The notes beneath the pieces are model-generated. The model searched no databases, had not been told where the DNA came from, and saw only the letters and a list, made by a program, of their open reading frames with translations. From an uncultured Coriobacteriia bacterium (GTDB lineage Bacteria; Actinomycetota; Coriobacteriia; Coriobacteriales; QAMH01), in the NCBI GenBank assembly GCA_959608885.1, contig CAUHSG010000003.1, positions 66,470 to 130,469 of the forward strand: a DNA stretch of 64,000 bases, read 5' to 3'. Positions 28,432 through 36,573 of this stretch are shown here, in pieces (position 1 is the first letter of the stretch; each line of letters opens with the position of its first letter). A program made the position numbers and the translations under genes.

Positions 28432-29517
28432 ATGAGAGACGATTCGAAGCTGATACCCCAGGTCTTCATGAAGGGCAGCTTCCGCGAGATGGGTTCCCAA
28501 TATGGCGAAGCCATGGCGAGCGAGATTGCCTTCCAGAAGGACTGGTGGACCAAGGTTCTCGCCGCTCACTGGCCTAACATGGACATGGAGCGCGCGCTCA
28601 ATGCCGCCAAGACGATGTACGCGCCCGCTGTGGAGCTGTATGCACCGCGCTGGGCCGACTTCATTGAGGGCATGGCCGAAGGAGCCGGCCTTCCCTATGA
28701 TGACGTGCTCTGGATTAACGTTGCCTCCAACTTGCTCGAGGGCCCGGCAATGGCCATGAGGATGGTTGCGGGTGGCTGCACCGACATTGGCGTCCAGCCC
28801 GACAAGACCGATATCGGCAAGCTCATCATCGGCCAGAATCTTGATTGGCATCCCGAGCTCAAGCCCGTGTGCCTGCACTTCGATCCGGCAGATGCCCCCA
28901 AGGCGCTGGCGTTCACCATTTCCGGTGCGCTTCCGCAGTTCGGCATCAGCGAGAATGGCTATGGCTCGTTTGGCAATGCGCTGGGCACCGAGGAGAACAA
29001 GACGGGCGTCACCATGAACGCCCTTACCGCCGAGCTGTTGTTCCAGGATTGCATTGGCTCTGCCTGCGAGCGCATTACCATGGCGGATCGTTCCATGTGC
29101 TTCAACCACATGCTTGGTGCTGCCGATGGCACGCTCATCGACTTCGAGACCACGCCATCGAGCTTTGGCGTCTTGCTTCCCGAGGAAAAGGGCTGGATTG
29201 CGCATACCAATCACTACATCACCAGCTGGATGCAGAAGGATGACACCTTCAAGACCTTCCCCGACACGTTCGTGCGCCTGTCCTGGGCAGAGAAGTTCCT
29301 CCGCGATGCCGATGTCATCACGGTCGACACACTCAAGAAGATTTTCAGCGACCACCATGGCGACAAGACGCGCTCGCTGTGCACGCATCTTGTCCCCGGA
29401 GCCTCGTTTACCGAGTGCTGGCAGACGGTCTACTCGATGATCTCCATTCCCGAGGACGGAGTCATCTACGCGACTACGCAGCCGTGCGAGCACGAATACG
29501 AGGAGTATCGCCTGTAA
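28432..29517 (+). CDS. C45-family Ntn-hydrolase (acyl-CoA:6-APA acyltransferase / peptidase C45-like)
   Basis: ORF 28135..29517 trimmed to ATG 28432 behind AAGGAGGG. Candidate self-processing site/nucleophile VAGG-CTDIG. FREMGSQYGEA opening typical of the family. Confidence 0.8.
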   Translation: MRDDSKLIPQVFMKGSFREMGSQYGEAMASEIAFQKDWWTKVLAAHWPNMDMERALNAAKTMYAPAVELYAPRWADFIEGMAEGAGLPYDDVLWINVASNLLEGPAMAMRMVAGGCTDIGVQPDKTDIGKLIIGQNLDWHPELKPVCLHFDPADAPKALAFTISGALPQFGISENGYGSFGNALGTEENKTGVTMNALTAELLFQDCIGSACERITMADRSMCFNHMLGAADGTLIDFETTPSSFGVLLPEEKGWIAHTNHYITSWMQKDDTFKTFPDTFVRLSWAEKFLRDADVITVDTLKKIFSDHHGDKTRSLCTHLVPGASFTECWQTVYSMISIPEDGVIYATTQPCEHEYEEYRL

Positions 29518-29581
29518 CTCAGGGAATCGGGGGCATGAGGCAATGCGCTTCGTGCCCCCTGGTACACAAGGAGGAAAAGAA

Positions 29582-30805
29582 ATGTCAGCTATGAAGCAAA
29601 TTCCCAAGTGGCGTATGGTCATTGGCATAGCCGCACTGTTCATCTCGAGCATGTGCACGCTGGGCGACATGGTCATCACCCCGATTGCTGCAAATCTCTA
29701 TGAGGTGTTTGCGGATGCGCCCGAGGCGCTTCTCAACTTCGGTATCACGGGCCCGGCACTCGTGGGCCTGCCCTTTGGTCTGCTGGCGGGCTGGCTGTGC
29801 GACCGCTTCGACAAGAAGTGGGTCATGGTCGTGGGCTTCGCCATCTTCACGTTCTCTGCGATCTTTGGCGCGGCCATCGAGAACATCTGGTACTTCGTCA
29901 TCACGCGCTGCCTGGCGACTGGCGTGGGCTGGGGCATCACCAACACCGCTGCGTTCTCCATCCTGGCGGACCTCTTCTCCGATGAGAAGAAGCATAGCCG
30001 CATGGTCGGCTTCTACAACGCGACCATGTCCATCATGGGCGCCATCCTCTCCATGGCAGCTGGCATGCTTGCTGCCTCGGGCGTATGGCAGGATGCCTTC
30101 GCCATCTACTGGATTGCTGCACCTGTGCTCATTCTCATGATCATCTTCCTGCCGTCGCTTAAGCCGACGCCCATGGAGAATGCGGAAGGCAAGGTCGAGA
30201 CGGCTGCCGAGGTCGAGGAAGAGGACAAGGGATGGATTGGCAAGATTATCCCGCTGACCATTCAGGTGTTCTTCTTCGCATTGTTCTTCTTCGTCATGCT
30301 CTACATGGTCGCCCTCTACATTGCAGATGCTGGCGTGGGTGACGAGGCCTTTGCGGGTACGGTTGCCTCGTGCATGACGCTGGCCACCATGGTCGGCTCT
30401 ATCCTGTTCGAGCCGGTCTTCTCCAAGATGAAGAACACCGTTTACATGCCCTTCATGCTCGCTATTGGCGTGATGTTCATCCTCATGGGCTTTGTCGTGA
30501 CGCCGGTCATGACCATTGCCGGCGCCATTGTCATGGGCTTCTCGTGGGCATACTACTTCTGCTACTTCTATGTTCGCGTTACCCAGCTCGTTCCCGAGAA
30601 TCGCGCGGGTTCGGCAACGGGCGTCGTGGCCTTCTCTGATGGCCTTGCGGCAACTCTGTGCTCCTACCTCGTCACGGGCCTCATGGGCGCAACCGGCATG
30701 AACTGCGTCCAGCTCTGGCCGATTTTCGGTGTCGGCACTCTGATTACGCTGGCTATCTCGGTTGTCTACTGGATGCTCACGCGCAAGAAGAGCGTTCAGC
30801 AGTAG
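29582..30805 (+). CDS. MFS transporter (paralogue 1)
   Basis: ORF trimmed to ATG 29582 behind AAGGAGG. 407 aa, ~12 helices, MFS loop WLCDRFDKKW. Confidence 0.85.
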   Translation: MSAMKQIPKWRMVIGIAALFISSMCTLGDMVITPIAANLYEVFADAPEALLNFGITGPALVGLPFGLLAGWLCDRFDKKWVMVVGFAIFTFSAIFGAAIENIWYFVITRCLATGVGWGITNTAAFSILADLFSDEKKHSRMVGFYNATMSIMGAILSMAAGMLAASGVWQDAFAIYWIAAPVLILMIIFLPSLKPTPMENAEGKVETAAEVEEEDKGWIGKIIPLTIQVFFFALFFFVMLYMVALYIADAGVGDEAFAGTVASCMTLATMVGSILFEPVFSKMKNTVYMPFMLAIGVMFILMGFVVTPVMTIAGAIVMGFSWAYYFCYFYVRVTQLVPENRAGSATGVVAFSDGLAATLCSYLVTGLMGATGMNCVQLWPIFGVGTLITLAISVVYWMLTRKKSVQQ

Positions 30806-30943
30806 GCAAGGAAAAGTTCGAGGACGCTTTACGAAAAAGGGGAGACTCCGTCTGCATGGGGTCTCCCCTTTTCACGCGTGCTGCCTGGGCGGGATGTGGC
30901 CTTGAGTGGTGGCGCGATCCGATTGGAGTAGAGGAGGCTTCGT

Positions 30944-32164
30944 ATGGCACGTGATGCTCGCATGTCATCATGGCGCATGCTTATCGCGATGGCGGCTCTG
31001 TTCGTCTCGAGCATGTGCACGATGGGTGACTTGGTGATTACGCCCAGCGCCGCTGATCTATACGTTGCGTTTGCGGATGCGCCCGAGGCGCTCATCAACT
31101 TCGGCATCACGGGCCCGGCTTTAGTGGGATTGCCATTTAGCCTGCTGGCGGGCTGGCTGTGCGACCGCTTCGACAAGAAGTGGATCATGGTCGCGGGCTT
31201 CGCCATCTTCACGTTTTCCGCGATTTTCGGTGCGGCCATCGAGAACATCTGGTACTTCGTCATCACGCGCTGCCTGGCAACCGGCATGGGCTGGGGCATC
31301 ACCAACACCGCGGCGTTCTCCATCCTGGCGGACCTCTTCTCCGACGAGAAGCAGCACGGTCGCATGGTCGGCTTCTACAACGCGGCCATGTCCATCATGG
31401 GTGCCGTGTTGTCATCCGTTGCCGGGGTGCTCGCGTCCTATGGCATCTGGCAGAACGCATTTTCGATCTACTGGATTGCCGCTCCCACGCTCGTGTTGCT
31501 CATCGTCTTCCTGCCCTCCATGAAGCCCAAGCTCATGCGTGGAGCCGATGGGCACGTCGAGACCACAGAGGAGATCAAAGCCGAGGACAAGGGCTGGTGG
31601 AAGAGCATCCTGCCGCTTAATGCCCAGGTGCTCCTGGTTGCCGTATGCTATTTCGTGCAGCTTTACATGATCTCGCTGTTCGTCGCTGATACGGGCTTGG
31701 GAGACGAGAGCTTCAGCGGCTTGCTTGCCTCATGCATGACTATGGCGTCCTGTCTGGGCTCGCTTGCATTTGGTCCCTTGTTCGCAAAGATGAGGAATGC
31801 GGTCTACTTCCCGTTCCTCATCATCATCGGACTGTGCTTCATCGTTATGGGCTGCTTCGTGGGACAGACGACGGCAGTCTTCTGCTCCCTGCTCTTCGGC
31901 TTCTCTTGGGCGTTCTACTTCTGTTACTTCTACGTGCGCGCCGCAGAGCTTGTTCCCGAGAACCGCAAGGGTGCCTCGACAGGGGTAATTGCGTTTTCTG
32001 TTGGCCTCGCCGCCTTTCTCTGCTCGTACCTCATCACGGGTCTCATGAATGTAACGCATCTGGGCTGCGCCGCGCTTTGGCCCTGCTTTGGCGCGGTGGT
32101 CATCATCGTGTGCGCCGTCTCGATGCTTTATTTCTTCACGAAGCGAAGCAGAAGGTCTTGCTAG
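30944..32164 (+). CDS. MFS transporter (paralogue 2, tandem duplicate)
   Basis: 406 aa. GAGGAGG RBS at 30931-30937. N-terminal half nearly identical to paralogue 1, C-terminal half diverged. Confidence 0.85.
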   Translation: MARDARMSSWRMLIAMAALFVSSMCTMGDLVITPSAADLYVAFADAPEALINFGITGPALVGLPFSLLAGWLCDRFDKKWIMVAGFAIFTFSAIFGAAIENIWYFVITRCLATGMGWGITNTAAFSILADLFSDEKQHGRMVGFYNAAMSIMGAVLSSVAGVLASYGIWQNAFSIYWIAAPTLVLLIVFLPSMKPKLMRGADGHVETTEEIKAEDKGWWKSILPLNAQVLLVAVCYFVQLYMISLFVADTGLGDESFSGLLASCMTMASCLGSLAFGPLFAKMRNAVYFPFLIIIGLCFIVMGCFVGQTTAVFCSLLFGFSWAFYFCYFYVRAAELVPENRKGASTGVIAFSVGLAAFLCSYLITGLMNVTHLGCAALWPCFGAVVIIVCAVSMLYFFTKRSRRSC

Positions 32165-32191
32165 CCCATAGATGCTGTCCCCTCCTTAAGG

Positions 32192-32228
32192 GTAGCCCCA
32201 CGATGCAGACATCGCGGGGCTACTTTGA
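32192..32228 (+). terminator. Hairpin terminator after the second MFS gene
   Basis: GTAGCCCCACGATG-caga-CATCGCGGGGCTAC (one mismatch) followed by TTTGA. Confidence 0.5.
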
Positions 32229-32244
32229 CCTGGAGATAGCGTTG

Positions 32245-32577
32245 CTAGGCGCTCAGGGGATGGGGGAGCATGCCAGCTGATTTAAGGTCTTCGTCAACAA
32301 GGCCACGTAGGTAGTCAGAACGTGATACGCCAAGGTCCTCGGCGCGCTTGTCCATGAGCTCAACTATGGTGACTGGCTCCTTGAAACCGACGAGCTGCAG
32401 GTCGTCGGCGAACTTGGGAGGTCGTCCTGGTTTTTTGACAGAAATTGGGCTATCGGGAATATCGCCCTGAGCGTATATTTCCTCACGTTCGGCAAGCTGC
32501 TCGCGTGTTAGGTCAAAGCGCTCCTCCATCTCCTCATCCGAGACAGGTTCAAGGTTAATTATTTGGATTAAGCTCAT
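32245..32577 (-). CDS. Ribbon-helix-helix antitoxin, BrnA-like
   Basis: 110 aa. GRPPK motif followed by a C-terminal RHH-like segment VTIVELMDKRAEDLGVSRSDYLRGLV. Lies 24 nt downstream of a small toxin-like ORF. Confidence 0.6.
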   Translation of the reverse strand: MSLIQIINLEPVSDEEMEERFDLTREQLAEREEIYAQGDIPDSPISVKKPGRPPKFADDLQLVGFKEPVTIVELMDKRAEDLGVSRSDYLRGLVDEDLKSAGMLPHPLSA

Positions 32578-32601
32578 CTAGCACCCTTCTAGTGGGAGGT
32601 C

Positions 32602-32811
32602 TCATCGCATGAAAATAACAATGCCTTCCCAGTCTTCAGCAGCGACCATTTGCATGGGGCGCCCCTTCATGTCAGGGCCAATTGCCACAATCTCACCTTC
32701 GTGCAGTGCTGTCCGCCGGCGCATTGCCATGGGATTGGTCCAGGCATGAACAATATCCTCCTTGGCTATTCCATGCTTCAGGGCATGGTCATGAATCTTG
32801 AGGCTAATCAT
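32602..32811 (-). CDS. BrnT-like small toxin (possibly C-terminally short)
   Basis: 69 aa. KHGIAKEDIVHAW and IGPDMKGRPMQMVA..GIVIF resemble the BrnT pattern (KHGVsFEEA ... iG...gR.l.vv....irIIsAR), but the ORF stops where BrnT usually continues. Confidence 0.45.
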   Translation of the reverse strand: MISLKIHDHALKHGIAKEDIVHAWTNPMAMRRRTALHEGEIVAIGPDMKGRPMQMVAAEDWEGIVIFMR

Positions 32812-32850
32812 GAAGCCCCTTATTACGTTTAACGAAATTATACATTGCTG

Positions 32851-33171
32851 TTACCTGAAGCTCAATGGCATATGCATGCCTGCTGTGGTCCACGGGGTAT
32901 CTGCGCTTGGTCTCTCAAGGGCTGCGTACGCATGTCTGCACACGAGTAGGCGTCCTGGCACCACGTCCCGTTCGGCGCGCATGACCGCCCCGTGCTTGTC
33001 GACGAAGGCGACGTCTATTGGGTAGCACATGCCAAACGTGTGCACGCTCTTGCACGGGGCTATCACGAGGATGGCTTCTCCGTCGCCCCAGTTGTGCGAG
33101 GATCCCAAAAGCCCACGGGCTCTGGCGCCAAAGCCCAGGGCGAAGACGAAGCGCATGCTCTCGCCGTTCAT
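32851..33171 (-). CDS. DUF192 domain protein, last gene of the Tad operon
   Basis: ORF trimmed to ATG 33171, which overlaps the upstream stop as ATGA (33168-33171). Core ...LVIAPCKSVHTFGMCYPIDVAFVDKHGAV... is DUF192-like. Confidence 0.7.
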   Translation of the reverse strand: MNGESMRFVFALGFGARARGLLGSSHNWGDGEAILVIAPCKSVHTFGMCYPIDVAFVDKHGAVMRAERDVVPGRLLVCRHAYAALERPSADTPWTTAGMHMPLSFR

Positions 33172-33599
33172 AGGAGTTCTCCCGGCGTATAGGGGTCTAT
33201 GGACAACGTGCATTCGTGGGTAATCATGCTCGGTGCGCTAGCAAGCGAAAGGGGCCACGGGACAAAGCCAAGGATGCAGCGATAGGTAACCATGCTCGCA
33301 AGCAGTGCCCCGGTGTCCTCGCAGGTGACGGCCACTTCCGATCCGCGCCTCGCAAACTCGATTTCGAGGGCCCCCTCGATGGCGTACAAGCGCGATTCAT
33401 GGTCGTGTTCTCCGGTTGGGGGCGATGCGCCTTCGGCGATGACGACCTGGGCTGCAATGTGGTCGAAGCGCGCACACTCCCCTGCGAAGACGAGCATGTC
33501 GATGGCGATGACGAGGACGAGCAGGATGACGGGCGTCACCACCGCGAGCTCGACGGCCATCTGCCCGCGCTCGAAGCGCGTGGGAGCTTCCTGCCACAT
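33168..33599 (-). CDS. TadE-like pseudopilin/pilus assembly protein
   Basis: ORF trimmed to ATG 33599 (MWQEAPTRFERGQMAVELAVVTPVILLVLVIAID). ERGQ-x-AVE plus a hydrophobic helix is the TadE/TadF N-terminal signature. Confidence 0.7.
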   Translation of the reverse strand: MWQEAPTRFERGQMAVELAVVTPVILLVLVIAIDMLVFAGECARFDHIAAQVVIAEGASPPTGEHDHESRLYAIEGALEIEFARRGSEVAVTCEDTGALLASMVTYRCILGFVPWPLSLASAPSMITHECTLSIDPYTPGELL

Positions 33600-33603
33600 G
33601 ACG

Positions 33604-35700
33604 TCAGCCTCCCAGACTTGCGCCAAAGCGTCCGAGCACGTCTTCGAGCCTGGCGTCGATGTCGTCGGGAACCGGCAGGTACAGCGACCCATCACCGGTG
33701 CCGAGCCCAATGTCGGCAAGGGGGATCCGGGCAATCTCCAGACCATGCTCGTCCAGGAACTCGCCAATCTCGGGTACGCTCTCGATGTCGGCCACGAGGG
33801 CATCCAAGTCCCTCATACTGATGGCCCCGTACATTTGCGCACCGAGCTTGAGCCTGCCAATCACGTCTGCAGCCGCGCCCCCGCCACGTTCGAGCACGTA
33901 TGACGTGTTGACGAGCACGGGCTTGTAGCTATCGAGGTCGGCGGGCTCTATCCCCGCGGTGGCAAGCGCCGTCTCGAACGTGGACACCGCGGCATCCGAA
34001 AGCGTGGTACCCACGACCGGTATGGCGCCAAGGGTCTTGCGAAAGCCCGACTTCAGCCCCTCGCTGCCATCGACGTACGCCTTGAGCACGCTGCCCCAGG
34101 CGCCAAAGACGGTCTTGACGGGGCCCGACAGCAGGCTCTCTGATGGAACGAGCCCTTGCGCGACATCGGCGATGACATTGCCGGCATCGTCCGCGGCATC
34201 CGGGGCCAGCGTCGCCGCCGACATGGCGATGCGTGCGGGAACAGCCGCCTCGTCATGGAGAAAGGGGACGCCTTGCACGGAGCTGCCGGGGGCCACGACG
34301 ACGCAGATGCACCCATAGCGCCCCGGCGGCTGCGGGTCGTATCGCTTGCCGGCCAGCGATCGCGCCGCATCGGAAAGCAGCGATCCGATCTCCTCGCGTT
34401 CGGCGTCAAGCTCCTGTCTGGCGGCCTGCCCGTCTTCAATGGCCTGAGCATAGTCGCGTGATGCCTCCACGAGCGCAAGGTAGTGATACTCGAACCCGTT
34501 GCTGATGGAGGTCGATGCGCTGGGTACGCGGCCAAGCGTCGTCGCGGAAAACCTGCACGTGGGGCAGCTCTGGCATGCACCCGAATCGATGTCGCAGACC
34601 GCCGCACTGCCAGAAGGCGAGCCGGCGGCGTATTCCGGGCAGCCGGTCCAGGCGTGCAGCGTACGGGTCTCGCCATTGATGGACGTGGGGTATATGCAGT
34701 CCGTGTACAACGAGGTTTCCCTGATCTGCGCAGTGTTGCGAGCGAGCTGGACGAGGTGGGGGACTTCAGATCCCGAGGCGCTTGTCTCGATGCGACCGCT
34801 CGAGACCTGGTTGAGCGCGTATGCGTAGAACTGCTTGCGGGCGATTGACTCGCCCACGCGCTCGGGCGATCCCGATGCGTATGCGCCCGGCTCGCTTGCA
34901 TACCGTGCCTGGTAGTAGGCGACTGCCCGGTTGAGGGCGACGGAGAAGCTCCAGTTGTCCGGTGACGAGAAGTATGGGTTCTTCGCGCCGGAGATGCTCG
35001 AGAGCTTTGCCGCGCGCTCGAACATGCTCATGCCCTCGTTGCCGCAATCCGCCTGCCAGGCTCGTTTTCGCGCCGCGTCCTCGCGCTGCTGCGCTTCCTG
35101 CTGGGCAACGCTTGCCTGCTGCACGCTCTCCTCTTTCGACTCGATTTCATGTGCCGCCTGCCGTGCCTGCGAGTCGTCGGGAATGGATATGTCGATTCCC
35201 TCGATGGGCACGGTGATGGCAGCGCCTGCATAGGGGATGCCGCTTGCATCGGCATTTGCCTGGATGACCTGGCCGCTGCGAAGCGCGCAGAGGGCGGGTA
35301 GTGCCTTCTGGGCGGCGTCGAGCCCACGTATGGCGGAGTCGACAAACCGGTCGCGTGTTTCGAAGACCTTCGATCCCACGTGCGCGATTTCGGCGGCGGC
35401 TCCCTGGGCTCCGGGAATGAACGCCGTGACGGCAGAGACGGCATAGACCGTGAGTCCCAGCAGCGACAGGGACAATGCGCTTGCGTCAACTACCTGACCG
35501 GCCGTCACGAATTCGGCGATAACGCCATCGGCTGCGAGGGCCCCGGCGTCGGCGACGTACTGGATCTGTCCCGATCGCGAGCCGATTGCGATGCCTCGCG
35601 TGCACGCGAGCACAAGCGCCAAGGCCACGAGGACGGCCAATGCGGCTGCAGGGGTGGTAAACCCACCCTCATGGCGCATGAAGGCTCTGCCCCACTTCAT
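33604..35700 (-). CDS. Large TadG-like Tad-associated membrane protein (~698 aa)
   Basis: ORF 33604..35871 trimmed to ATG 35700, an ATGA overlap with the upstream stop (ATG 35706 also possible). N-terminal HEGGFTTPAAALAVLVALALVLA resembles the TadE/G-like pilus-assembly N-terminus. The rest has no recognisable domain. Confidence 0.7.
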   Translation of the reverse strand: MKWGRAFMRHEGGFTTPAAALAVLVALALVLACTRGIAIGSRSGQIQYVADAGALAADGVIAEFVTAGQVVDASALSLSLLGLTVYAVSAVTAFIPGAQGAAAEIAHVGSKVFETRDRFVDSAIRGLDAAQKALPALCALRSGQVIQANADASGIPYAGAAITVPIEGIDISIPDDSQARQAAHEIESKEESVQQASVAQQEAQQREDAARKRAWQADCGNEGMSMFERAAKLSSISGAKNPYFSSPDNWSFSVALNRAVAYYQARYASEPGAYASGSPERVGESIARKQFYAYALNQVSSGRIETSASGSEVPHLVQLARNTAQIRETSLYTDCIYPTSINGETRTLHAWTGCPEYAAGSPSGSAAVCDIDSGACQSCPTCRFSATTLGRVPSASTSISNGFEYHYLALVEASRDYAQAIEDGQAARQELDAEREEIGSLLSDAARSLAGKRYDPQPPGRYGCICVVVAPGSSVQGVPFLHDEAAVPARIAMSAATLAPDAADDAGNVIADVAQGLVPSESLLSGPVKTVFGAWGSVLKAYVDGSEGLKSGFRKTLGAIPVVGTTLSDAAVSTFETALATAGIEPADLDSYKPVLVNTSYVLERGGGAAADVIGRLKLGAQMYGAISMRDLDALVADIESVPEIGEFLDEHGLEIARIPLADIGLGTGDGSLYLPVPDDIDARLEDVLGRFGASLGG

Positions 35701-36167
35701 TTCCATGCTCCAATCCACGATGCGGGCGCATAGTCGCTGCGGGCCCACTCGGGCACTGATGCGCAGCTCGCCTCGACGCGCTGCTCGATGGCTCCGTTTT
35801 CGTCGATGTCGTTCGCGAGGCCCGCGACGATGCCAAAGAGGGGCAGCGGTTCGACATGGTTGACGATGCACATGCTCGCAGCCCCGCCCTGTTCGCTCGA
35901 CCAGGTGATGTTCCAGTCTTCGTCCATGTGGAAGACTGCCACCTTGGGTATGGCGTCAAGCCTGCGTTCCACAAACGCCCGCACCGACGTCTCGTCACTC
36001 GTGTTCGTCGCCAGCAGGCGGCAGCCCTCCGCGGCCGCCGCATTCATGATGCAGCGGTCGTAGAGGAGCAGCGCCGGTTGCAGGAGCAGGCCAAAGAGGG
36101 CAAACAGCACCGGGAGCAGCACGGCCGCCTCGATGGTCGACTGACCCGATTCAGAAGAGAAGCGCAT
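35697..36167 (-). CDS. TadE-like pseudopilin/pilus assembly protein
   Basis: ORF trimmed to ATG 36167 behind GGAGGGGTGG. MRFSSESGQSTIEAAVLLPVLFALFGLLLQP is a TadE-type N-terminus. Confidence 0.75.
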   Translation of the reverse strand: MRFSSESGQSTIEAAVLLPVLFALFGLLLQPALLLYDRCIMNAAAAEGCRLLATNTSDETSVRAFVERRLDAIPKVAVFHMDEDWNITWSSEQGGAASMCIVNHVEPLPLFGIVAGLANDIDENGAIEQRVEASCASVPEWARSDYAPASWIGAWK

Positions 36168-36351
36168 CGACCACCCCTCCCGCCGTTGTGAGTGCGTGCG
36201 AGGCGCCCGCCTGTACCAGGTCGGTGACGTCGCCATTTGCGACAAAGTGCCACAAGGCCGCGAACGCGCCCATGAGTGCAATGAGCACGAGCCCCACGAG
36301 CAGGTACTCGACCGACGCCTGTCCGGCTTCCCACCTTCTCGTATACCTCAC
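36151..36351 (-). CDS. Second Flp-type prepilin-like small protein
   Basis: 66 aa. EAG-QASVEY-LLVGLVLIALMGAF fits the Flp G/XXXXEY processing motif plus a hydrophobic helix. GTG start overlaps the flp stop (GTGA, 36348-36351). Confidence 0.55.
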   Translation of the reverse strand: MRYTRRWEAGQASVEYLLVGLVLIALMGAFAALWHFVANGDVTDLVQAGASHALTTAGGVVDALLF

Positions 36352-36554
36352 AGCCCGTTTACTCCGCTCGAAATGGCCTCCCAGAGCTCGCTGATCTTGC
36401 CCCTGAACGCTGCGATGGCGATCATCGCGATGACGGCCAGCACGCCGACGAGGATGGCGTATTCGGTCGTCCCCTGACCTTCCTCGCGCAGGCAGTGCAG
36501 CCTCGTCGTGGCCCTGACGTATGCACCGATCATCTTGTCCTTGAGTTTTTGCAT
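36348..36554 (-). CDS. flp: Flp-family type IVb pilin
   Basis: 68 aa. Leader followed by G-QGTTEY-AILVGVLAVIAMIAIAAF (G/XXXXEY motif). AAGGAG RBS. Confidence 0.8.
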   Translation of the reverse strand: MQKLKDKMIGAYVRATTRLHCLREEGQGTTEYAILVGVLAVIAMIAIAAFRGKISELWEAISSGVNGL

Positions 36555-36573
36555 GTCGTCTCCTTACCGTTGG

